Assembly (NCBI GenBank): GCA_039196715.1
Contig: JBCCUP010000015.1
Coordinates: 4,292-68,291 of the forward strand
Reading direction: 5' to 3'
DNA length: 64,000 bases
DNA from: Pseudomonadota bacterium
GTDB taxonomy: Bacteria > Pseudomonadota > Gammaproteobacteria > CALCKW01
Shown here: positions 41,017 to 51,061 of the stretch, in pieces
How positions within the stretch are numbered: position 1 is the stretch's first letter
Layout of the letters: every line of letters starts with the position of its first letter
Notes under the pieces: generated by a model
Database searches by the model: none
Told to the model about the DNA's origin: nothing
The model's input: the letters and a program-made list of their open reading frames with translations, nothing else
Translations under genes and position numbers: made by a program

Positions 41017-41991
41017 TCAGCGGGCGAGGAAATCGACAAGCAAGGCGCTGACCTCGTCAGGCCGCTCCTGCTGAGTCCAGTGCCCGCACCCGGCGAGCGT
41101 GTGACACTGCACCTGGGGCACCGCCTTTTGCATGCGGTTGAATTCCCCGCCGAAACGGGGAACCGGGTCGCAGTCACCGGCGATGAACAAGGCCGGCTGG
41201 CGCACGGGCACACCCGCAAGCGACCGTGACATCGCCCAGGTCGTGTCGAGATTGCGGTAGTAGCTCAGCGGCCCACGCAAGCCAACGCGTTCGAATTCGG
41301 TGACGTAGACGTCGAACTCGGCCTGTGAAAGCCACGCTGGAAGCCGCCCCGGGTCGGCCATCACGTCAAGCAATTTCGCGCTCGGGGGGTGGGCCCGGGT
41401 GTCGAATCCACGCGGGTTTTCGCCGCAGCAACTGAACAGGAAGCTGCGGAGAAACCGGGGCACGTCCGGCTCGATTTCCGCTTCGGCGACGCCGGGCGTC
41501 TGAAAGTACTGCATGTAGAAGAAGCAATCGGCAAAGAGCCGCTTGAACCCCTCAGTGGGCGGACGCGGCGGCTGCCCGCCGTAGGGCACGCTCAGTGCGG
41601 CCACCCGTTGAACGCGCTCCGGAAAGCGCAAGGCCGTGTACCACGCCGTCGGCGCTCCCCAATCGTGACCTGCCACGTCGAACCGCGTGTATCCCAGCGC
41701 CGTGGCAATCGCCGCCACATCGTCGCTGAGGGCAATCTGGTTGGTCCGCGACACGTCCGCGGGCACGTCGGTTTGGCCGTAGCCCGGCATGTCGAGGGCG
41801 ACCGCCCGGATCCCGGCGTGTGCCAGAGGCTGAAGTTGGTGACGCCAGGAAAACCAGGATTCCGGAAAGCCGTGCAACAGCAGGACAAGAGGCGCTGCGG
41901 CATCGCTGTCCGCGTGCTCCACGAGGTGGTAGTGCACATCCTGTATGCGCAGTGATCGGTGGAAGACCTTGCCCGAGCTCCCTGCCGCCAT
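41017..41991 (-). CDS. alpha/beta-hydrolase, epoxide-hydrolase/haloalkane-dehalogenase-like
   Basis: HGFPESWFSWRHQ (HGxP oxyanion motif) and GHDWG nucleophile elbow. 324 aa. Confidence 0.75.
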   Translation of the reverse strand: MAAGSSGKVFHRSLRIQDVHYHLVEHADSDAAAPLVLLLHGFPESWFSWRHQLQPLAHAGIRAVALDMPGYGQTDVPADVSRTNQIALSDDVAAIATALGYTRFDVAGHDWGAPTAWYTALRFPERVQRVAALSVPYGGQPPRPPTEGFKRLFADCFFYMQYFQTPGVAEAEIEPDVPRFLRSFLFSCCGENPRGFDTRAHPPSAKLLDVMADPGRLPAWLSQAEFDVYVTEFERVGLRGPLSYYRNLDTTWAMSRSLAGVPVRQPALFIAGDCDPVPRFGGEFNRMQKAVPQVQCHTLAGCGHWTQQERPDEVSALLVDFLAR

Positions 41992-42060
41992 ACCGACTGC
42001 TCCCGTTGCTGTTGCGGTGATACGCCCTCGCCTGCCTGCCCCACTGGTCCTGCCGGGCGG

Positions 42061-42627
42061 TCAGTGCACCTCGTCCGCGTCGAAGTCGAGCACCGTCGCC
42101 TCGTGCTGCCACGCGTCCAGCGCGGCGAGGAGATCGGCAGTGCGCATGCGCGTGCTGTGGGTGTTGCGGCACGGGTGCAACCAGATCCACTCGTGCGCGA
42201 GCACCTGCTTGTCGATCACCACACGCACCAGACCGCCGTGGTCGTTGATTGCGGCCAGTGGTGTGACCGAGCCCGGCACGACACCGAGGTACCGTGCCAT
42301 GCGCTCGGAACTGGCAAACGCCAACTGCCCCCCGGGAACCGCCAGGCGATCACGCAAGGCCTTGAGGTCCAGCTGCCGGTCCTGCTCCAGCACGACCAGA
42401 AACATGCGCCCTTTCTTGTTGCGCAGAAACAGGTTCTTCGTGTGCGCGCCAGGCAGGCCATAGTCGACCTGCTTGGCATCGTCGACGGTGTAGAGCGGTC
42501 CGTGCTCGAGCGTGTGGGTCTCGAAACCCAGCACGGTCAGGGCTGCGATGACCGCATCGGCAGTTGCGGGAGGCGCACCGGATTCAAGCTGCAGCGCCTC
42601 GGGGTCGGGTCGGTCGGAATGCGCCAT
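42061..42627 (-). CDS. YbaK/ProX-family aminoacyl-tRNA deacylase
   Basis: Size and motifs (KNLFLRNKKGRMFLVV...) typical of the YbaK/EbsC/ProX editing domain. Confidence 0.7.
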   Translation of the reverse strand: MAHSDRPDPEALQLESGAPPATADAVIAALTVLGFETHTLEHGPLYTVDDAKQVDYGLPGAHTKNLFLRNKKGRMFLVVLEQDRQLDLKALRDRLAVPGGQLAFASSERMARYLGVVPGSVTPLAAINDHGGLVRVVIDKQVLAHEWIWLHPCRNTHSTRMRTADLLAALDAWQHEATVLDFDADEVH

Positions 42628-42684
42628 CGGGCTCGCAGGACAACGGAATCGGGCCCGCAGTGTATCGGGCCCGCGCGCGTCCCG

Positions 42685-44820
42685 TCACCCGCGTCTCCAG
42701 GCGTGGTACTTGGCCACCCACTCGAGCAGCTTGGTGGGTTGGTTAGCGCGCCGCCATTCGCCAGCGACGTATTTGTTGGCCTCGGCCAGTGTCGGGTAGA
42801 TGTGAATCGTCCCCAGGACCTTGTTCAACCCGAGCTTGTGCTTCATCGCCAGAACGTACTCGGCAATCAAGTCACCGGCGTGCTCACCGACAATCGTGAC
42901 GCCGAGAATGGTGTCCTTGCCCGGCACGGTCAGCACCTTGACGAAACCGTGCGCCTCGCCATCGGCGATGGCGCGGTCGAGGTCGTCGATGCCGAAGGTG
43001 GTGACCTCGTGCGCGATGCCCTGCTCCTTGGCCTCGAGCTCGTTCAGCCCGACGCGTGCCACCTCGGGTTCGGTAAAGGTGGCCCAGGGAATGACCCGGT
43101 AGTCGACCTTGAACGACTTGAATGTGCCGAACAGCCCGTTGACCGCGGCATACCACGCCTGGTGCGCCGCGGTGTGAGTGAACTGGTACGGGCCGGCGAC
43201 GTCACCGACCGCGTAGATGTTCGGAAAATTCGTGCGCAGGTTGGCGTCCACGTCAACGGTGCCGCGCGGTGTGAGTTTCACGCCGACGTCCTCGAGGCCG
43301 AAGCCCGCAGTGCGCGCCTTGCGCCCGACGGCGACGAGGATGTCGTCGAAGGGCACGGTGATCTGCTCGCCGTTCCGCTCACACACAAGGACCTTCTCGC
43401 CGTCGGTGAGGCGCGCTTCGGTCGCACGGGTGTCGGTGAGCACCGTCACGCCGTCGCGCTTGAAGCTCGCCTCGACCAACGCCGAGATTTCCTCGTCCTC
43501 ACGGATCATGATCCGTGGCAGCATTTCGACCTGGGTGACCTCGGAACCGAGCCGAGCGAACGACTGGGTGAGTTCGCTGCCGATCGGACCGCCGCCGAGC
43601 ACCACCAGTCGACGGGGCAGCTCGGTCAGGTTCCAGATGGTGTCAGAGGTCACGTAACCGGTCTGATCCAGACCCGGGATCGGCGGCACGAAAGGCTCCG
43701 CGCCCGACGCGATCACGATGCTGCGCGCGGACAGCAAGGTGCCGTCGATGTCGACATGCCAGGGCGAGACCAGCTTCGCGCTGCCCTGCATGACGTCGAC
43801 GCCGAGGCCGGTGTAGCGCTCGACCGAGTCGTGTGGCTCGATGCGCTCGATGACCTTGTGCACGCGCTGCATGACCGACGCGAAATCCACGTCGGGGTCG
43901 ACCTCGGACAGGCCAAATTCGGCGTTGCGCGAGAGCAACTTGCGCTGTTTGGCCGACCGGATCAGCGCTTTCGACGGCACGCAGCCGAAATTCAGGCAGT
44001 CCCCGCCCATCTTGTGCTTCTCGACCAGGGTCACTTTGGCCTTCACCGCAGCGGCGATGTAGGCGGACACCAGGCCGCCCGAGCCCGCGCCGATGACAAC
44101 CATGTCTCGATCGAAGGTCGCGGGCTTGTCCCACCCCTCGTACACCTTGCGGGCCTTCACCAGATCCACCGCCTTCTTGGCGATCAACGGGAACACACCG
44201 AGCAGTGCAAAAGACAGCAGCAGGCCGGGTGAGAGGATGCCGGCCGGCGACTCGATGGAGGCGAGTTGCGTACCGGCGTTCACGAACACGAAGGTCCCCG
44301 GCAACATGGCAAGCTGACTGACGAGGTAGAACACCCCGGTGGCGATGCCGGTGAGGCCCATGGCGAGGTTGATCAACCAGAACGGGAACAAGGGCACCAG
44401 CCGCAGGGTCACCAGGTAGAAGGGCCCGTCGGCGGCAATGCCGTCATTGATCGGCTTGAGCTGATCGCCGAAGCGGGCCTGCACCGTGTCGCGCAGGACG
44501 TGGCGCGAGACGAGAAACGCAAGCGTCGCTCCGATGCTCGAGGCAAACGACACCAACAACAGGCCCTTCCACAAGCCGAACAGGGCGCCGCCGAGCAGGG
44601 TCAGGACCGCCGCACCGGGTAGGGACAAGGCCGTCACCGCCACGTAGACGAGGAAGAAGACGCCGAAGCCCGTCCAGGGTCGTGCCGCCACCCAGTCTTG
44701 CAACGCAGCCTGTTTCGATTTGATATAGTCAAATTCGAAGTACTGCCCCAGGTCCAGAACAAAATACGCCACTGCCAATGCGGCAATGACGACGGCTATG
44801 GCAATTTTCTTGGTGTTCAT
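42685..44820 (-). CDS. fusion protein: N-terminal DedA/TVP38 membrane domain + C-terminal pyridine nucleotide-disulfide oxidoreductase (mercuric/dihydrolipoamide reductase-like)
   Basis: The N-terminal about 230 aa are multi-TM DedA-like. The C-terminal part has FAD GxGxxG (VVIGAGSGG), redox-active CLNFGCVPSK, NAD GGGPIG, and a dimerisation domain. Confidence 0.8.
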   Translation of the reverse strand: MNTKKIAIAVVIAALAVAYFVLDLGQYFEFDYIKSKQAALQDWVAARPWTGFGVFFLVYVAVTALSLPGAAVLTLLGGALFGLWKGLLLVSFASSIGATLAFLVSRHVLRDTVQARFGDQLKPINDGIAADGPFYLVTLRLVPLFPFWLINLAMGLTGIATGVFYLVSQLAMLPGTFVFVNAGTQLASIESPAGILSPGLLLSFALLGVFPLIAKKAVDLVKARKVYEGWDKPATFDRDMVVIGAGSGGLVSAYIAAAVKAKVTLVEKHKMGGDCLNFGCVPSKALIRSAKQRKLLSRNAEFGLSEVDPDVDFASVMQRVHKVIERIEPHDSVERYTGLGVDVMQGSAKLVSPWHVDIDGTLLSARSIVIASGAEPFVPPIPGLDQTGYVTSDTIWNLTELPRRLVVLGGGPIGSELTQSFARLGSEVTQVEMLPRIMIREDEEISALVEASFKRDGVTVLTDTRATEARLTDGEKVLVCERNGEQITVPFDDILVAVGRKARTAGFGLEDVGVKLTPRGTVDVDANLRTNFPNIYAVGDVAGPYQFTHTAAHQAWYAAVNGLFGTFKSFKVDYRVIPWATFTEPEVARVGLNELEAKEQGIAHEVTTFGIDDLDRAIADGEAHGFVKVLTVPGKDTILGVTIVGEHAGDLIAEYVLAMKHKLGLNKVLGTIHIYPTLAEANKYVAGEWRRANQPTKLLEWVAKYHAWRRG

Positions 44821-44880
44821 GTCGCCTCTGACTCAGTCCGCCGAAGGCCGTTCCAGCCCTCGCATTTGTACGTATACGCT

Positions 44881-46602
44881 GTGACAATCGCCCGCATCCT
44901 GCGCCGAGAAACACCGGCTGCGACGAACGTCGAACTGCACCCCAATGCCGTGCTGAACCGGGTGTTTGCCGCGCGTGGCATCACCGACCCGACCGACCTC
45001 GACCCCTCGCTCGGCTTGCTGCTGCCGCCCGACAGCCTCGGCGATATCGGCAAGGCCACCGCTCGCCTGCGCGAGGCCCTCGAGCGCGGTGAGTCCATCA
45101 CCGTGGTCGGCGACTTCGACGCGGACGGCGCGACCAGCACCGCGCTTGCAGTGTCTGCCTTGGGTGCCATGGGCGCCCGACAGGTCCACTACCTGATCCC
45201 GACCCGCACGACCGACGGCTACGGCCTGTCACCCAGCCTGGTCGACAGCGCTGCCGCTTCAGGTTCGACGCTGATAGTGACTGTAGACAATGGCATCGCC
45301 GCGCACCGAGGAATCGAGCGCGCGAGCAGCGTCGACGTGGACGTGATCGTCACGGACCACCACCTGCCGGGCGACGAATTGCCGGAAGCCTTCGCGACCG
45401 TCAACCCCAATGTGCAGACCGACCGGTTCCCGAGCAAGCACCTGGCGGGGGTCGGAGTCACGTTTTACGTCATGGTTGCGCTGCGCAGCGAGCTGCGCCG
45501 CGTCGGGTGGTTCGACAACCGCGGCATCCCCTGCCCGAGGCTCGCCGATTGGCTGGACCTGGTCGCCGTCGGTACCGTCGCCGATCTCGTTCCCCTCGAC
45601 AGCAACAACCGGCGCCTGGTCGAGCAGGGTCTCAGGCGCATCCGCGCGGGACAGTGCCGCCCGGGGATCAGCGCGTTGATCGCCTTCGGTCGGCGCCCGC
45701 AAACCGATGTGGTCGCGAGCGATCTGGCTTTCAGCGTCGCGCCGCGGTTGAACGCCGCCGGGCGCCTCGACGACATGGCCCACGGCGTCGACTGCCTGCT
45801 GGCGGTTGACGACGCCACCGCGCGGGAGCTCGCGCAAACGCTGGATAACCTCAACCAGGAGCGTCGCGTCATCGAATCACAGATGCGTGACAGCGCCGAC
45901 CTCGCGGTGCAGAAACTGACTGCCTCCGGCAAGACCCTGCCCGCGGCGCTCAGCCTGCACCACCCGGACTGGCACCCCGGTGTGGTCGGCATCCTCGCCG
46001 GACGGATCAAGGACCGCCACCACCGCCCGACTGTCGCCTTTGCCGCAGCCGACCACGGCAAGTTGGTCGGTTCGGCGCGCTCGGTGCCAGAGCTGCATAT
46101 ACGCGATACGATCGCGGAAATCGCCCACGCCAACCCGGATCTGATCGAGCGTTTCGGTGGGCACGCGATGGCCGCCGGCCTGACCATCTCGGCGGCACGC
46201 CTCGGCACTTTCGAAGCCCTGTTCGCCGACGTCTGCGCACAGCACCTTGGCGACAAGGCCGACGTCAAGACCGTGATGTCCGATGGACCCCTGGCGGCCG
46301 ATGATTTCAGCCTCGAGCTCGCGCGGTTGCTGCGCTTTGCGGCGCCCTGGGGCCAAGCCTTTGCCGAGCCGCAATTCGACGGCGAGTTCACGGTGCTGCG
46401 CAGCCGAGTGGTGGGCGAGCGACACCTGCAGCTCGAACTGCAAGGCGCCCACGGCGGCGGTGGACATTCGGCCATCGCCTTCGGCCAGGCGGCGCTGCGC
46501 GGTGCGACACAGGTCCGCCTGGTCTATCGGCTCGAAATCAACCATTGGCGCGGCCGGGACAGCGTGCAACTCAACGTGCTGCACATCGAGGTGATGGCGT
46601 GA
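44881..46602 (+). CDS. recJ: single-stranded-DNA-specific exonuclease RecJ
   Basis: DHH motifs VVGDFDADGATSTA, VTVDNGIAA, VIVTDHH, then DHHA1 and an OB domain. GTG start at 44881 chosen by alignment to E. coli RecJ. Confidence 0.9.
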   Translation: MTIARILRRETPAATNVELHPNAVLNRVFAARGITDPTDLDPSLGLLLPPDSLGDIGKATARLREALERGESITVVGDFDADGATSTALAVSALGAMGARQVHYLIPTRTTDGYGLSPSLVDSAAASGSTLIVTVDNGIAAHRGIERASSVDVDVIVTDHHLPGDELPEAFATVNPNVQTDRFPSKHLAGVGVTFYVMVALRSELRRVGWFDNRGIPCPRLADWLDLVAVGTVADLVPLDSNNRRLVEQGLRRIRAGQCRPGISALIAFGRRPQTDVVASDLAFSVAPRLNAAGRLDDMAHGVDCLLAVDDATARELAQTLDNLNQERRVIESQMRDSADLAVQKLTASGKTLPAALSLHHPDWHPGVVGILAGRIKDRHHRPTVAFAAADHGKLVGSARSVPELHIRDTIAEIAHANPDLIERFGGHAMAAGLTISAARLGTFEALFADVCAQHLGDKADVKTVMSDGPLAADDFSLELARLLRFAAPWGQAFAEPQFDGEFTVLRSRVVGERHLQLELQGAHGGGGHSAIAFGQAALRGATQVRLVYRLEINHWRGRDSVQLNVLHIEVMA

Positions 46603-46697
46603 GCGCCACGCTGTCGACGTCGCGGCGCACTGCGGGGCCGAGGCGGGTCCGTGGTACCCTCCGGCGCGCTGTCGCCCCCTGCGCCTGACCGACAACC

Positions 46698-48284
46698 ATG
46701 TGGAACCCAACCGTCCGAGAAAGCCTGTATCTGGTCATCCTCGCTGCGTTGTGTTTCACCCTCCAACTCGGCTCGGCGCCGCTTTTCGATGGCGACGAGG
46801 GTCGCGCCGCCGTGTCGAGCTGGTCGATGTGGCAGTCCGGCGACTTTCTCGCACCGCGCGCCGACGGCGAGGTGCTCATGCACCAGCCGCCGTTGTTTTT
46901 CTGGGTTCAGGCCCTGAGCAGCGCGATGTTTGGCCTGGACGAACCGGGCTTCCGCCTGCCGTCCTCGCTGGCTGCCAGCGTCTGGATGCTGGTGCTGTAC
47001 GCCTTCTGTCGCACACGCATGGGCGTCAGCAGTGCGCGAGCCGTGGCAATGTTCATGGCGGCCAGCATCGCCGTATCGATCATCGGACGCTCTGCCACAC
47101 CCCATGCGATGATGAATCTGTGGGTCACCCTTGCACTGCTCGACGCCTACCGCTGGACCGAGCGCGCGAGACCTGCGCTGGTGTACCGCGTCTTTCTGTG
47201 GATGGGCCTCGGGGTGCTCACCCAGGGCATCGCGGCCGTGTTGATTCCGTTGCTCGCAATCAGTGCGTACCTGATGGCGAGCCGCCGAACGGCCGATGCC
47301 CGCACGCTGGCGACCAACGGCTTCGGTTGGTTGGTGCTGCTCGCCCTGACGGCGCCCTGGTTTGCCGCGATGGGGCTGCGACACGGGAGTGCGTTCTGGA
47401 CCGGCTTCTTCGTCGACCAGTGGGGCGGGCTCTTCCCCGAGGGCACCTCGCCGACAACGAGTTCGCCGATTGAATTCCTCAGCACACTGCCCCTGGTGGT
47501 TGTGCCCTTCAGTGTCCTTGCCCTGGTGGCCCTGTGGCGCGCTGGCCAGAGTTGGCAGAACCCACTGCACCGCTTCTCGTTGATCTGGCTCGGCACCGTG
47601 CTTGTGGTGTTTTCCATTCCGGGCGCCGAATTGCCGCACCAGTTGTTGCTGGGCAGTTCGCCGTTGTTCATCCTCATGGCGCGCTTTCGCGAAACCGTGC
47701 GAAACCGCTGGCTGCTGCTCGCACCGCTGGTGGGGTTCGCCGCTGTCGCCGCGGTGTGGCCGATCGTGCAACGGTACCGCGAACTCGACCCGCTGGACCC
47801 GTTTCGCAACCAGACCATTACCTACGCCATCGACACCTTCTCATCCCCCTTCTACGTTGTCGGCGCACTGCTCTTTCTCGCCCTCTCGCTCGCGCTGTGC
47901 GCGGCACGGCGCCTGCACAGCAGCGAGGCCCTGCTCGCCGCCGGCTTCCTGCAGGCCTGGTTCGTCGGGCTCTGCCTGCTGCCGACCATCGCCGACTCGC
48001 GCCAGTTGCCGGTCAAGGAGGCGGGGCGACTGGCGGCGGAGCGCCAGTTCGACGTTGTCACCTGGGCAACGCGATCGCCGAGCTTCAGTGTGTACCGAGG
48101 CACGCTGACGCCGAACCGCGTGCCGCGCGCTGGCGAGTGGGTGTTCACGCGGGAGGGCCGCTTGCCCCTGGACGGCGCCGAGATTGCCTACCGGCGCGGC
48201 GGCTATATTCTCATGCGACCGTCGGACGCCGTGCTGCCGCAGCCGGACGCAGACACCTCGGGCTCCGACACCACCGACCCGTGA
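46698..48284 (+). CDS. glycosyltransferase family 39 (ArnT/PMT-like undecaprenyl-phosphate sugar transferase)
   Basis: About 11 TM helices. The N-terminal loop PLFDGDEGRAAVSSWSM carries the family DE motif. Confidence 0.7.
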   Translation: MWNPTVRESLYLVILAALCFTLQLGSAPLFDGDEGRAAVSSWSMWQSGDFLAPRADGEVLMHQPPLFFWVQALSSAMFGLDEPGFRLPSSLAASVWMLVLYAFCRTRMGVSSARAVAMFMAASIAVSIIGRSATPHAMMNLWVTLALLDAYRWTERARPALVYRVFLWMGLGVLTQGIAAVLIPLLAISAYLMASRRTADARTLATNGFGWLVLLALTAPWFAAMGLRHGSAFWTGFFVDQWGGLFPEGTSPTTSSPIEFLSTLPLVVVPFSVLALVALWRAGQSWQNPLHRFSLIWLGTVLVVFSIPGAELPHQLLLGSSPLFILMARFRETVRNRWLLLAPLVGFAAVAAVWPIVQRYRELDPLDPFRNQTITYAIDTFSSPFYVVGALLFLALSLALCAARRLHSSEALLAAGFLQAWFVGLCLLPTIADSRQLPVKEAGRLAAERQFDVVTWATRSPSFSVYRGTLTPNRVPRAGEWVFTREGRLPLDGAEIAYRRGGYILMRPSDAVLPQPDADTSGSDTTDP

Positions 48285-48285
48285 T

Positions 48286-51018
48286 TCAACCGGGTTCGAG
48301 CGCGACCCAGTCGGGGGTGCTGACCGCGGCGCCGCCGGCCATCGCCACCCGCAGTGCACGCAATCCGGCCAGTTGCGTGGCGTCGTCGAGGTTGACCACG
48401 GACACCGCCAGGCCGTCGTCGAGGGCGCGCTGCACCGCCGTACCCCAGCGGCGCCGCTCGGCCTCCTCCGCGAGCGCGATGCCTGCCGCCGCCGCATCAA
48501 GTTGCAGGCCCGTGAGGTGCTCGCAGCGGAAATCGAGCGCCGCGTCGGAGGCCACCACGCCGCAACCCCAGCGCACCAATCGGCCCAGGTCGGCTGCGAC
48601 GGCCCGCCCCAGAGCGGACGCGGGCGCCTCGAGCACGAGCTTGTTGGCCACACCCGACACTTCGAGCCGGCGTGCCACGTCGTCGAGCGAGCTGGGGTCG
48701 GCAAACAGGGCGCCGGAGAGCACGATCTGCAAGCGCGCCAGGGCACCCAGCTCTGAGGTGTTTGCCCGCAGCCAGTCCAGGCAGCGCGCGATGGTCTCGC
48801 GGTCCGCGGCCGCCGACGCGGAAGGGTACATAGCGAGTGCCGAGGCAAAGCCAGCCAGTGGCAAGGCACCGCCGGGGTTCGGACAGAGCAACACGCGCTG
48901 GTGGTCGCCGGACAGCGGGCGCTGCAGTGGCAGAAGCAGTTCGCGTAACAGCCCCACCCGAGCCGGGACCCCAAGGTCCGAGTCCGAAGCGGCTTCGCGC
49001 TCACGCGCGCCCTGCCGCGCCGGTTCGTACAGCGCGATGCGCCCACGCCCGGCCGCCTTGGCCTCGTAGCAGGCCATATCGGCCGCCCGCATGACCTCAG
49101 CCCGGTCGCCGCTGCGGGCGGTCAGGGCCACCACGCCGACACTGGCGCCGACACGGTACGTCGCGCCCTCCCAGTCCAGCCGGTAATCCTGCGCCGCGTC
49201 ACGCAGTTGCGTCGCCAGGCGCTCAGCTCGATCGAGATCGCAGTTGTATATCAAGACACCAAACTCATCGCCCCCGAGTCGCCCGACACAGTCCGACTGC
49301 CGCAGGCACTCGACGAAACGCGCGCCGAGCGCCTGCAACACCGTGTCGCCCGCCTGGTGACCGGCATTGTCGTTTACATGCTTGAAGTGATCGAGGTCAA
49401 TGAAGCACAGGGCGTGGGACGCATCGGAGGCTTTGGCCCCGGCCAGCGCAGCTTCCAGTACGCGGTCGAATTCTCGCCGGTTGACCAGCCCGGTCAGCGC
49501 ATCGTGGGTTGCGTGGTAATGCACCTGGTCCGCCAACTCGCGATCCCGCGTGATGTCCCGGCCGACGCCACGAAAACCGTTGAAGCGGCCAGCCGAGTCG
49601 GAAATCGGGTGACAACTGTGCACGAGAATGCGTTTCTCGCCCTGCCCGCGTGTCCAGTGGTACTCGAAATCGAGCTGCGACTGGTGGGCCCGCAGCGCAG
49701 CGAGGTGGCGCACCCAGGCCGCCGAGCTCGGTTGCGGAATGTAGCGGTTGTGAAAGCCCTCGATGCTCAAGCCGATCACGTCGTCCGCCCGTATACCGAA
49801 CACCGATTCGAATCGGTCGGACAGATAGACGAAACTCAGGTTGGCATCGAGCTCGAAGAAGTAGTCGGCGGCGCTCTCGGCGAAATCGTGGAACCGCTCG
49901 CGGTCGGCCGTCAGCGAGGTGAGCCGGCGCACAACCGGAGTCTGATCACTGAGGTACACCGCAAGGCAGGTTTGACCCTGAACCGGCAGTTGCGCGGCGG
50001 TCAGCGAGAGCTCGAGCGCGAGACCGTCGCCGCGTTGCCACCGACAGTGCACGGCACGGCGCTGACCCGCGACCGCCTCGAGCCGACGCCGAATGGCGTC
50101 CGGGAAAACCAGGTGCGCGCACGCCGCCTCCGGGTTGGCAAAGCCAAGCAGCCGCGCCGCAGCGGCGCTCGCCCGCACGACACGTGCACCGGCGAGCAGC
50201 ACGACGCCGGTCGGTGCCGCGTCCAGCAGCGCACTGGCGATATCGCTGTGCGTGTCCACCGTCGGCGTCGGCACGACCGGCACCGCCGAACGCGCAGGTT
50301 GCGGCGCGGCGCGGGCAACGGCACCGGGTTGCGCAGCACTGTGCGGCAACAACCACAGGGCCGCCCGCCGGCGGTGCCACCGAATGGGCAGCCGCCAGAG
50401 CGAGAGACAGTGCCGGTCTGACTGAGCGTGCTGCGGCGGCGGCGCGACGACGCCCTCGCGGCGATTCAACCAGGCGCGCCAGCCGGAAGACTCGCGCAGG
50501 CCGCGCTCGACGTCCCGCACACCGCCGTGCCGGGCCAGCCAATCGCGCGCCCAGGCGTCGCCGTGCAGGACACGGTCCTCGGCGACGACCGCACTTCCGC
50601 CAATGTGAGACCCGACATCCTGCAGGTGAGCGCTGGCGAGGAAACCGAGCACCTCGCGTGCAGCGACCACGGCGATCTCAATGCCGTCGCCATCGCGGGT
50701 GCGCGCGTGAACCATCCAGGCGCCCGCGCGTCCGTTGGCCACCAGGGGCATGGCACTGCTGACACCGTCGTGCAGCACCAAACGCTGCGTGGCCTCCCAG
50801 AACGCGGCACGCGACGCCCGCAGCAGGTCGGTGTCACGCCGCCCGATCACGCCGGCCGGTTCGCGGGCACCGAGCAGCTCCGCGTACGCCGGACTGCACG
50901 CGCGGTAGACGAGTGCGCGGTCCTTGCTCGCGGTGATGGCTGTCGTCGGTGGCTTGAACCCAGTGTCTGTCACGTCGCCGTGCCCTGATCTCCCGGTGTC
51001 CGGCCATCGTCCCGACAC
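48286..51018 (-). CDS. PAS/PAC sensor-containing diguanylate cyclase with degenerate C-terminal EAL-like domain
   Basis: GGDEF active site RLGGDEFGVLI. Upstream are PAS segments. The C-terminal about 230 aa resemble EAL but lack the EAL/DDFGTG signatures. Confidence 0.75.
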   Translation of the reverse strand: MSGRWPDTGRSGHGDVTDTGFKPPTTAITASKDRALVYRACSPAYAELLGAREPAGVIGRRDTDLLRASRAAFWEATQRLVLHDGVSSAMPLVANGRAGAWMVHARTRDGDGIEIAVVAAREVLGFLASAHLQDVGSHIGGSAVVAEDRVLHGDAWARDWLARHGGVRDVERGLRESSGWRAWLNRREGVVAPPPQHAQSDRHCLSLWRLPIRWHRRRAALWLLPHSAAQPGAVARAAPQPARSAVPVVPTPTVDTHSDIASALLDAAPTGVVLLAGARVVRASAAAARLLGFANPEAACAHLVFPDAIRRRLEAVAGQRRAVHCRWQRGDGLALELSLTAAQLPVQGQTCLAVYLSDQTPVVRRLTSLTADRERFHDFAESAADYFFELDANLSFVYLSDRFESVFGIRADDVIGLSIEGFHNRYIPQPSSAAWVRHLAALRAHQSQLDFEYHWTRGQGEKRILVHSCHPISDSAGRFNGFRGVGRDITRDRELADQVHYHATHDALTGLVNRREFDRVLEAALAGAKASDASHALCFIDLDHFKHVNDNAGHQAGDTVLQALGARFVECLRQSDCVGRLGGDEFGVLIYNCDLDRAERLATQLRDAAQDYRLDWEGATYRVGASVGVVALTARSGDRAEVMRAADMACYEAKAAGRGRIALYEPARQGAREREAASDSDLGVPARVGLLRELLLPLQRPLSGDHQRVLLCPNPGGALPLAGFASALAMYPSASAAADRETIARCLDWLRANTSELGALARLQIVLSGALFADPSSLDDVARRLEVSGVANKLVLEAPASALGRAVAADLGRLVRWGCGVVASDAALDFRCEHLTGLQLDAAAAGIALAEEAERRRWGTAVQRALDDGLAVSVVNLDDATQLAGLRALRVAMAGGAAVSTPDWVALEPG

Positions 51019-51061
51019 AGCTCAGCCGTCACGGGCGCATCGGACACTCCGACCCGCGAGA

